Position numbers and translations under genes: made by a program. A DNA stretch of 64,000 nucleotides from Octopus sinensis. Lineage: Eukaryota. Of the stretch, positions 38,745 through 49,652 are shown in pieces; the stretch's first letter is position 1; every line of letters starts with the position of its first letter. The DNA lies in assembly GCF_006345805.1 (NCBI RefSeq), contig NW_021835991.1, positions 442,137 to 506,136 on the forward strand, given 5' to 3'. The notes beneath the pieces are model-generated. The model made no database searches and had not been told where the DNA came from. It worked only from the letters and a program-made list of their open reading frames with translations.

Positions 38745-40092
38745 TAACTTTATTATTAATGCGTCCACTTTCAGTTGATTTTCCTCTTCCTTGAACCACA
38801 ACCGATCTCTTTAAAGGTCCCATTCATTTATCTCACAGGGTTTGGTTCTTCTGTGGTCATTCTCAAGTTTGACTCGATGGCCTCACATGGAAATGCTTTC
38901 TCCGTTGATTCATTTGTAAACCGAGACTTTTTCCATTCTTTTAAATTAATGCTCTACACGCATAGTCTACAAAGTTTTTCATAAATGAATGCAAGCTTGT
39001 GTGGGTCCTTCGAGATTGATTGAATAGCAGTGATGTTCATAGAATTTTCACACAACACCGTTTCATATTTGTACCAATAATACGTAGTTGCCTTGGCATT
39101 GTAGATTACTCTCAGTTCATTAGCAAGCATGTCGAATTTATAAGCTTTTCTGACAAGATTTTCATTAAAATGATTTTCTTAACCTTCACTCAATCATATC
39201 ATATCTTCACCCTAATTCCTGCCATATCCTAACCTCAACCACTTACTAATCCAAACCATATACTAGTCCTAACCACTTCCAAACTTTACCCCTAATTTTA
39301 ACCGTAATTCTATCTATTAAGCTGTATTAAAATATCAGAGATTTAACCTCATTTTGTAGTTTATTTAACCATACAAATCATTGTAAACATATACATATTT
39401 TGTAATTATTAAAAAAGTAAACACAGCATGTTAAAAGTTAAAAAAAAGAATTGTTAGCCCGAAATTATTTTACGAGCCTATGTTTAGTTCAGGTGTAATC
39501 AGGTCTTGACAGTTGAAATTTATGGCTATTATATATAAATAATGTTTGGGATAATCGAAAAATTTTATTTGCACGTTTACAAGGTCAAAAAATGTAACAA
39601 GCTGCCCATGTCACATGAACACTTGTTTGCGGCTAGATAAATTCGAGTTTATAATTAACATTTTATCAAATAATCGTGTCAAAATAAAGCAAGCATTCTT
39701 ATTTATTAGTTACGCAGGTAAATTAGAGTTTCAAAGTACAATGTAACCGGTTGCCTATCCGTATTCGTCTGCCCATATTATATAATAAATTCTTGAAATA
39801 ACTCAAAGCAGTAAAACATTGAGGGCAGTTTGGTTAAATTAGCTTTTTTATATCAAGAGAACTGAGTAAGGAATTCTGTAGTATTGCAAAATCGAATTTA
39901 TACTTAGAATATATTCTTTTTTATTTTTATTCTTCTCAGCATTCTTTGACGAACTATAACATTTAGTAATTTTTGAGAATGTTAATGATGAGATGTCATT
40001 TTTTTGACAATGATTTAAAAATATTAATCACTTGACATTTGTTAAAATCGGGAATTAATTGGCGAAAATTTGATTTTTCAGATTATCTAGGG

Positions 40093-40538
40093 CAGGATTC
40101 GGAAAATACTTTCGGAAAAGTGCCATTTTTGAACATTTTTGGAAATTTCGAAAAATTGAAGAGCCTTTTTTTACCATTTGTCCAAATCAAAAATTCAAAT
40201 TCATAAAATTAATTAGACATTCATTTAAAAAAATAAAATTAATTAGACTCATTAATGGAAAATGTGATTCCTTATTTCTTTGGTGAGTTATCAATTATTA
40301 ATAAAGAAAAAATTAACAAAAAAAATTAAAAATGAAAGAGCCATTTTTAACCGAAGCTTGAGATACATGCTATTTCGTATGAGCAAAATTTACGACTAAA
40401 TATGTAAACTTTTAAATAATTTTACAAAAATCATATATAAAAACAAATAAATAGTTATAAAAATAATAAAATTGAAAGAGCCTACTTAAGACTTAAAGAG
40501 CCAACAAAAGCTTGCGAGCCCACTTTTGCCGACCCCTG
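40093..40538. mobile_element. hAT MITE, copy A
   Basis: TSD ATCTAGGG both sides; right TIR ttgccgacccctg; left TIR decayed (caggattcgg). Confidence 0.85.
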
Positions 40539-40606
40539 ATCTAGGGGATTTAATATTTTGTTTTGGTTGGATTAACGAGACAAGCGAATGTTAATAAAAG
40601 TTAATA

Positions 40607-41958
40607 TTAGTCGGCCAATTGGCAAAATAGAGCTGCCCCTCGCTGTATCCAGTGACTGTCCTTTTGGTCAGTGGGAAGGTTGACTGCCACAATAAAGTTA
40701 GTAGAATGACCTATCGTTCTAGAATAAATATAAACCAGTAGTTGAGAGGACTCCTGACCTCTGCGTGGTTTTATAGAGAGGGGCTATGTAATCGTGGCTT
40801 GGAGGAGTGAAATTCTGTGTGGGTAAGACGTGGATGACAGGCATAATGGAGGACATTTCCCTGTAGTTCATCTCGTCCATTTGACCCTGGTCACTCCATC
40901 GGAAGCCTTGGGTGTAAAGTCCGTGAATGAGAGCGCCGTCTTCAATGTCTTGAATCTATGGAGTAGTGACTAAGACTAACTTGAGTATCGACTGACAATG
41001 GTTGGCCAAATTTGCGAGTCCTGATCTCTTCTGCGAGGTTTGATTGGTGGATGTATTGGGGAAGAGGTTGGAAACTAAAGGAAAGAGTGTCAATGGGGAG
41101 TTGATATTTGCGGGAATAGTTCTGTAACACGGCAGTGAGGAAGCTTGATAGAGTGAGTTGTGTCAACCTTGGGGGAAGAACAAGGCAGGTATCCAAAAAA
41201 ATTTAGGAGTGCCATTTTTAATCCAAAAATTGAAGAATTCACATCGCATTGTAAGATCGAGAATCCAGGAAGAGAGAGAGTGAAGGGAAGGGTAAGCGAC
41301 CCTCTCCCATATTGAGGGGACCTGTTTCATGAAGGACTGATAATTGCCTGGTTTTTCAATAGAGAATTGTAGCACATTTCCAAGTCTTCAGTGAGGACTT
41401 GGAATCCTTGGATTGCTCTCTGCAAGTGATTGAGGGACTTCTGAAAATGATGAGATCATCAGACCTGAATAGTTTCCAGCAGATAAGCCATTTTTTCTAT
41501 TTCTTGTGATAAGAAAATAGCGAGGGAATTGCTCTTGGTCTATTGGATGAGTGGATTGGTCAACCAATGTGTATTCTGCTAGTTTTAGGGGCAATTGTTG
41601 TTGAATTGAGTTGATTAATTCCTCTACGATCTCGTCACTAGTTTGCCCAGTTCCTTTGACCGCGATGTGTGGTTTAATGTTCCTGATGGTCTCTAGCAAG
41701 TCAGAGGATTGTGACAACTATCGACTGAGGGTGAAAACATACTTGGAATGATATATTTGCATTTTCGTGCATCCCGAATATATTAGGTGAATCTTGCAAA
41801 GGCAGTCCGTCTAGAAAATGTTTGTTCTCTTTAAAAATAGGGTCATATTGCCCATTAATGTTCGTATCTTCGAGAATTTGTTGGTTGATAAATCGGTCGA
41901 GAATAACTCCCAGACAGCGCAGATCCCATTGATCAGTGACTCTCCCCCCATAAGTAAT
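40607..41958 (-). pseudogene. Duplicated 3' end of the DNAH6-type dynein gene
   Basis: Starts at ITYGGRVTDQWDLRCL after a 6-nt intron remnant; acceptor mutation at 41145, -1 at 40780-40782, PKS to PKF at ~41199. Confidence 0.85.
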
Positions 41959-41964
41959 CTAGTG

Positions 41965-42718
41965 TCCTCCGTGCAGTGTCCGGATCCTCCTTCGGTCAAG
42001 ACTAAGAAACGCTAAGAATAATCTACAAATAATATGTCAGGACCTCCCTTAACTACGCTAGCCCCGCTTGGGGCTCTTCTCTTTCATCCAGTAACAATCA
42101 AAAACTTCAAAGGATTCAAAATGGTGCTCTCTAAACAATTACTAGATGCATGCTATTCACTCCTTCCGACCATCTCCAATGGGAAACCACCATTCTCCCT
42201 GTGGAAGATCACCTTCGCATGCGGAACCTGCAATTCCTCAGTACAGCCATGAATCAGACTACCTATGTCATTTCCTCTCTCATACAAAAAACAGCCGTAT
42301 GATAGTACCTACCATTGCAAATCTAACCAGTGAACTGTCTAAAATTTCTGAGCCTTCCTCCGAGAAATCGAGGACAAAGCAGATACACGACCATGTCTCC
42401 ATTAAGACTATTCGAAAACTTGCCTGGAATAAATTACTAGACGACTCCTTTCCTCTGGTGAACGACTCGGAGTCTTAGCTGGACAGAGAAACGAGAACAT
42501 CTTTGGCACAACTTCGTTCTGGACATTTCCTCCTAATTGATGAATCTGGCTATTAGTCTCATCATCCGGGCCATCTATGCCTATTGCTTCGAGAAGCTTT
42601 CTCCGGACCGGGCCTCCGGTGGGCATTATAGACTTATGGAAGCGCCCAGCACTCGCTGCTGAGTGTCTAAGGACAGCCGGCCTCCTACAAGCTAGAGAGG
42701 TCGGAGTAACTAACTAAC
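41965..42718 (+). mobile_element. 3' part of the Jockey/I-like LINE, unit B copy
   Basis: Matches 32909-33662 including the (TAAC)3 tail. Confidence 0.85.
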
Positions 42719-44936
42719 TTACCTTGCAGGATTTCGAGAAAAATATTTTTGTAAGCACTAGGTCTCACGAGTTTGTAAATATCAGCGAGAATCTTTGCTT
42801 ATAGCGTCTATTAAGGTCACTGTTTAGCAGTGTTATTTGATTTAAATCATTTGATTTTAATCAACAAAAAATCAATGATTTGCTGCTGATTAAACCAATT
42901 GCTGTCGTTGTAGACAAAATGCAAAATGATTTTACGAAGATTAGTCATTTTGTAGAAAACTTGAACAGACTTACATGGATTATGAATGTACGGCTATTTT
43001 AGAAAAAATGAAAACCTGAGCTGACCAAGTATTAACAGATTTCTTACTGGCAAATCTAATGGACCCAGCATGTTTTGAGAAGTCTCTTTCAACTGCAGAG
43101 ATTGACCTCGCTTTGGAGTATTGTCTGAATATTATGAATATGCTCTCCCGAATCTGATTAATTTCAGAGCTGAGCCATTTAAGCAATACAATATTTTAAT
43201 AAAAGTTGATGGTCATTAATCATTAGCCACTCACCACTCTGGACGTTGCCTATTCATAAGTACAATTATTTCCATTAAGATGCTCAATTGCAAAATATGA
43301 AGATATTAAATTTATAAAGAATGAATAAAACTATTAACAAACTTATGATACTTTTATTGAAATGGATAAATTGAAAAACCATCGACTTTGTCAGATTCAT
43401 TTTTACAAATTGTAAAAAGTGTCAACCTTTACTCATAGTAGTTCTTTAAAATGTTTTTTCAATAATCGTTTTTCGGGCTCCGTAATTAGAAGTAAAATAA
43501 TCATTGTTAATACACATATTGTCATATTTAGAATGTCATTATAATTCATCATTTTGTTAATATAAAATTTGTCAATTCTAAATCATCCAGCAAATATGAT
43601 AAGTGAATATTGTGATCTCCATTATGTTGTTTATTAAATAAACATTCTTTCGCTTTTTTAATAAGCAAAAAATCTCCTTTTAAAGAAATCCATACTTGAA
43701 TAACATTTGACAGTTTGTAGCATAATAAGAAACAGATTTGAGTCAGCTCCCTAATCTCGCAGCTATTGGTTCTTGCGGGTACCCAATTTCTTTGAACAAT
43801 TGTCTTCGATAATTGTTCTTTATAGCAAATGCTTGTAAAATTTCCACTATATTGTGGCAAGTAAACTCTGAAGGAGGTGGATGCCCAATAAATTCGAATA
43901 AGTGATAAATGCTCTTTTTCTCAATTTATAGAGTGGAATGTTTTCTGATACAAATGCTTCCGTTACGTCTGACGCAAAATTTCAGAAAAATAATTTTTCA
44001 GAACAATAGTCAATTGTCTTGTATTTGTGGATATTAAATTGTTGCTGATTTAGTTTAAAAAGATATCAACTTGATCTATTTTATCTTAGAAAGTTAAAGT
44101 TCAACCTAACTTTATGCAAAAAAAATTTCAGTCAATTCGTTTTAAACTGGATCAACTTCAGCTGACCTCTTTAACTGTCACACAGCTGAGACTGACTCAA
44201 AGCTCTCCAAATTCAAGGGACAAGATTGCTCCTGAACGACAAATATTTATGTATTGGTATTAGTTTACGCATAGGTATGGATATCTACCAGCCCCACACC
44301 TGCAGGTAGGGGAGCACAATTTTTTCGAACGGTTTGCATACCCTATCTTATAGAAAGAGTGCTGGTGAGTATTCCTCGCCACACACAAGTGAATAAGGTC
44401 GTTAAATGAGCTGATGCCCAGGTCGAGTAAAAGAAAAGGATAAAGTAAAAAAGACAATTCTGAAACTTTCGAGTTCGACCCCTTGCTTCCGAAACTTTTG
44501 GAATAGTCGACAAGATGATGACTCAGCTGCTATCGTTTGGAGGATCGAAGATTTTGTCGAAAACAAATGACCGGAGAGAGACGAACTAGCTTTTCCAGCA
44601 AGTCTCGGTGTGCTCGCCGAAAATACCATTCCATACGCACTGCGGAGTCAAATAGCTTAGTCTTCGGGCCCGAAAGACTTTAAAGTGCAGTTGGTTGATT
44701 TACTTTCAATTTTTTTAAAGCTTTATTTTTCGCTACTAAAAAATCCTAAGTTACTAATCTACTAAATCAATTTAAACAATTTTTAGATAAAGAAACTTTA
44801 TCGCTTTAAAATGTAAATACTGAGTTGAAAAAGTAGTAATCAATTGTCAACAACCGGCAGTCAGTATTGCAGTCGTGATAACTGCAATTTCATTAGTATA
44901 CCAATTAGTATGCATGGATTGGAACAAAAATAAAAA

Positions 44937-45078
44937 TGCACAAGAGCACACGAAAAAAATATGCCGTAGGACAGCCCGACTGGAACCGACCTCACCCGAT
45001 AGCGATCCAAAGTGCAATGGATGACTAAAGGATGGAATGCCTGCCTAAGTGATAACAGGCATCCACGACCAGGTAAGT
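44937..45078 (-). ncRNA. U1: U1 spliceosomal snRNA, copy B
   Basis: Same as copy A except one fewer U in the Sm-site run. Confidence 0.95.
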
Positions 45079-45250
45079 GGATTTTTGAAATGGCACTCTC
45101 TAAATGTATTTAAAAAATCATTTAAATTATGTTCAATATTTCCACCGGATGAATTATTTTTATTCAATTAGAAAATTAATTTTGAAATAAGTTCTTTTTT
45201 AAATTTTAGAAAAAAACCATTACAAATTTATTTAATACTTTATTATTTTT

Positions 45251-46468
45251 ATGTTACATAAATATCAAATACGAAACAAACAAGTGGACAACTATCTATC
45301 CCCGAGTCATAGTGGATTTAGGACAGGAAGATCCACCGCCGATGCTGTCTGGGCCCACAAGTGGTACTGCGCTATCACCCAGAGATACAAAAGTGCAACA
45401 ACAGTCCTGGGAATAGACCTGTCTAGGGCCTTTGACACGGTACGCCGTGGTCTACTCCTCAAAATACTGGAACAATTCCTGGACCCTGACTCTGTCAATA
45501 TGATAAGAGTACTACTATCGAACACAAAGCTCAAGGTGCGGGTCGGCACGGCGTTTTCCCGTGAATTCACGTGCAACGTCGGTACCCCTCAGGGAGACGC
45601 CCTCTCGCCGTTGCTATTCGTGATCTATCTGGAGACGGCACTACGAGACCTTCGAAAATTCTATGCTGGCAATATCGTCGAAATTGTATATGCAGATGAC
45701 GTCGACTTCGTGTCAGACGACAAATCGGCCTTACTTCGACTCCTTGAAGTGGCACCTGCTGAGCTGAACAGATGGTTCCTTAAAATGAACGTTGGAAAAA
45801 CCGACATCGTTGAAATCATGAGGATGGAGAGCAGCTCAAGTGAAGCCTGGCGCAAAACGAACAAACTTGGTTCTCTACTTGGGGACGGCCATGATATTGT
45901 CAGAAGAAAGGCTCTCGCTTGGGCCACGATGAACAAGATAAAGAAAGAGTGGATCGGCAAACGACGACTCTGTACGTCACTTCGTCTGAGGATGTATGAA
46001 GCCTTTGTCAAACCAATCCTGACATATAATTCGGCGACCTGGGGAATGTCTAGTACTGAACAACGTGGACTCGATTCTTTTCACCGCAGGCAACTTAGAT
46101 CCCTACTGGGATTGAACTGGCCTATAAGAATCAACCAGGAATCGCTATACAATAGATGCAGAACTGGCCCTCTGAGTGTGGAAATCGTCAATATGCGGTG
46201 GAGGTTATTTGGCCATATTCTACGAATGGACATGCTTGCCCCAGCTAACATAGCAATGGAGGGCTACTTCCTGAAAGAGGGATCGAGCTTCCGTGGACGT
46301 CCACGTGTTACGCTGCCGGAAACACTTGACGGAGACCTGAAATGTGTGAAGAAAAGGCTAAGGAGTGGTGAGGATCTGGACGAGCTGAGGAAACTCGCTC
46401 ACGACAGAGGAGGTTGGAGGAGGCTGGTTCAAAGGATTGTTTTTAATGCTGCACGAGTAAAATTATAA
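45251..46468 (+). CDS. Reverse transcriptase ORF (405 aa), copy B
   Basis: Translation identical to 36196-37413. Confidence 0.85.
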   Translation: MLHKYQIRNKQVDNYLSPSHSGFRTGRSTADAVWAHKWYCAITQRYKSATTVLGIDLSRAFDTVRRGLLLKILEQFLDPDSVNMIRVLLSNTKLKVRVGTAFSREFTCNVGTPQGDALSPLLFVIYLETALRDLRKFYAGNIVEIVYADDVDFVSDDKSALLRLLEVAPAELNRWFLKMNVGKTDIVEIMRMESSSSEAWRKTNKLGSLLGDGHDIVRRKALAWATMNKIKKEWIGKRRLCTSLRLRMYEAFVKPILTYNSATWGMSSTEQRGLDSFHRRQLRSLLGLNWPIRINQESLYNRCRTGPLSVEIVNMRWRLFGHILRMDMLAPANIAMEGYFLKEGSSFRGRPRVTLPETLDGDLKCVKKRLRSGEDLDELRKLAHDRGGWRRLVQRIVFNAARVKL

Positions 46469-46511
46469 CTAATATGATTCTACGTATGTTGCAAATAATA
46501 ATAATAATAAT
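45283..46511 (+). mobile_element. 5'-truncated RTE-type retrotransposon, copy B
   Basis: TSD AAACAAACA (45274-45282, 46512-46520); tail one TAA longer than copy A. Confidence 0.92.
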
Positions 46512-46593
46512 AAACAAACAGTTGATGATATAGAATACAGCTGACCGTTAATGCTACTTTAAAAAAACAAAAAGTTTTTTTAGAATGGATATA

Positions 46594-47799
46594 CACTCAA
46601 CCCTCTCAAATTGGCCATTTTTGGTTCCTTCAATATTGTTGGCCAATTTGAGAAATGGCCAATTAGCAAATAAAACTAGTGTCTGTGATGGAGACTCGCT
46701 AGAGAGAATACTAAATAACTCACTTGATAGGTTTGGATAAATTATTCTATATGTATATTTAAATATTTCGAATTATTAGAGATCTTTATAGCTGTGATAA
46801 CCTTCGTTACGTGAATGTAGATGCTTTTGCACGTCTAGTCGCATTAACACATCAGTACAAATCTTATTCTAACATTAAAGTTACATGCAATCAAATACCA
46901 TTTTTATTCGCCAAAAATCAGTCGTCGCCTCAACCTTAAATATTTTAAATTACTGACTGTGTAGTTTTTTAAAGACCAGAAAATGTGCATGTTCACAAAT
47001 GGGTCCTAACCCACAATGTATACTTTTTATTCTCATATAAGAATTACAACAGTGACGAAAAAACTAAATATCTTATTAGCCGACAACAGTGTGAAAATAA
47101 AAGTATCTCAAATGCAACCTCTGTGACCACCCTATCCCAAATAATATAATCTGCACAAGTGAATGTAACTGAAAAAATATTTTGACGGTACTCAATAACT
47201 AACCTAATTATTCTGATATTTCTTGTTTCCACTTTTCTTTATTATTACATTCACTAGTCAGAATTAAATCCAAACTTGCACAATTTTTTATTGATTTAAT
47301 TAAAAGAAAAACCAAATTTTAACAAAAACCAGTCCCAAAATTAGTTACAGATATGTATTTTGATGTCTGGGTCAAATGAAGAATAGTAAATCTCTTTATA
47401 AGGATTATTCACCAGTTTAAAATCATCCATAATAAAAATAGACTTGATTAATGACATTCTGATTGTTTGTAACAACCTTCACAGTAACCTCACACAACTT
47501 GAAAATTGCTTCTTCAAAATGGATACGCTAAATTTTGAGGATTGCGATCAAACCGAATAACTTTCTTCTTTTTACGGAATAATTCCAGAATCAGAAAGTT
47601 TTCTAGAATGTATTATCAATAATTTAACTTGTCTGCGAAAATTAATAAAATTAAATTTATTAAAAAATTTTGAAAAATAAAAATTATGCTACTAAAAAAA
47701 TTAAAATTTGTGGCCAATTTGAAAATTTATTATTTTGTAGAGTTTTTCAATTTTCCAGAAATAAATTGTCAAAAATGGCCAATTTGAGAGGGTTGAGTG
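46594..47799. mobile_element. Tc1/mariner-like TIR element, copy B
   Basis: Same TIR and TA flanks. Confidence 0.7.
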
Positions 47800-49147
47800 T
47801 AACTTTATTATTAATGCGTCCACTTTCAGTTGATTTTCCTCTTCCTTGAACCACAACCGATCTCTTTAAAGGTCCCATTCATTTATCTCACAGGGTTTGG
47901 TTCTTCTGTGGTCATTCTCAAGTTTGACTCGATGGCCTCACATGGAAATGCTTTCTCCGTTGATTCATTTGTAAACCGAGACTTTTTCCATTCTTTTAAA
48001 TTAATGCTCTACACGCATAGTCTACAAAGTTTTTCATAAATGAATGCAAGCTTGTGTGGGTCCTTCGAGATTGATTGAATAGCAGTGATGTTCATAGAAT
48101 TTTCACACAACACCGTTTCATATTTGTACCAATAATACGTAGTTGCCTTGGCATTGTAGATTACTCTCAGTTCATTAGCAAGCATGTCGAATTTATAAGC
48201 TTTTCTGACAAGATTTTCATTAAAATGATTTTCTTAACCTTCACTCAATCATATCATATCTTCACCCTAATTCCTGCCATATCCTAACCTCAACCACTTA
48301 CTAATCCAAACCATATACTAGTCCTAACCACTTCCAAACTTTACCCCTAATTTTAACCGTAATTCTATCTATTAAGCTGTATTAAAATATCAGAGATTTA
48401 ACCTCATTTTGTAGTTTATTTAACCATACAAATCAGTGTAAACATATACATATTTTGTAATTATTAAAAAAGTAAACACAACATGATAAGAAAATTAAAA
48501 AAAAGAATTGTTAGCCCGAAATTATTTTACGAGCCTATGTTTAGTTCAGGTGTAATCAGGTCTTGACAGTTGAAATTTATGGCTATTATATATAAATAAT
48601 GTTTGGGATAATCGAAAAATTTTATTTGCACGTTAACAAGGTCAAAAAATGTAACAAGCTGCCCATGTCACATGAACACTTGTTTGCGGCTAGATAAATT
48701 CGAGTTTATAATTAACATTTTATCAAATAATCGTGTCAAATAAAGCAAGCATTCTTATTTATTAGTTACGCAGGTAAATTAGAGTTTCAAAGTACAATGT
48801 AACCGGTTGCCTATCCGTATTCGTCTGCCCATATTATTAAATAAATTCTTGAAATAACTCAAAGCAGTAAAACATTGAGGGCAGTTTGGTTAAATTAGCT
48901 TTTTTATATCAAGAGAACTGAGTAAGGAATTCTGTAGTATTGCAAATCGAATTTATACTTAGAATATATTCTTTTTTATTTTTATTCTTCTCAGCATTCT
49001 TTGACGAACTATAACATTTAGTAATTTTTGAGAATGTTAATGATGAGATGTCATTTTTTTGACAATGATTTAACAATATTAATCACTTGACATTTGTTAA
49101 AATCGGGAATTAATTGGCGAAAATTTGATTTTTCAGATTATCTAGGG

Positions 49148-49584
49148 CAGGGGTCGGAAAATTCTTTTGGAGAAGTGCCAATTTTGAACATTTTTGGAAA
49201 TTTCGAAAAATTGAAGAGTTTTTTTACCACTTGTCAAAATAAAAAAATTCAAATTCATAAAATTAATTAGACATTCATTTAAAAAAATATAATTAGTTAG
49301 ACTCATTTATGTGAAATGTGATTCCTTATTTCTTTGATGAGTTATTAATAAAGAAAAAATTAACAAAAAAATTAAAAATGAAAGAGCCATTTTTAACCGA
49401 AGCTTGAGATACATGCTATTTCGTATGAGCAAAATTTACGACTAAATATGTAAACTTTTAAATAATTTTACAAAAATCATATATAAAAACAAATAAATAG
49501 TTATAAAAATAATAAAATTGAAAGAGCCTACTTAAGACTTAAAGAGCCAACAAAAGCTTGCGAGCCCACTTTTGCCGACCCCTG
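49148..49584. mobile_element. hAT MITE, copy B
   Basis: TIR CAGGGGTCGG(A/C)AA, TSD ATCTAGGG both sides. Confidence 0.9.
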
Positions 49585-49652
49585 ATCTAGGGGATTTAAT
49601 ATTTTGTTTTGGTTGGATTAACGAGACAAGCGAATGTTAATAAAAGTTAATA

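Larger units (their letters stand above)
32909..41964 (+). repeat. 9.06-kb tandem duplication, unit A
   Basis: Near-identical to 41965-50917; junction ctagTG|tcctccgtg has TG microhomology. Confidence 0.95.
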
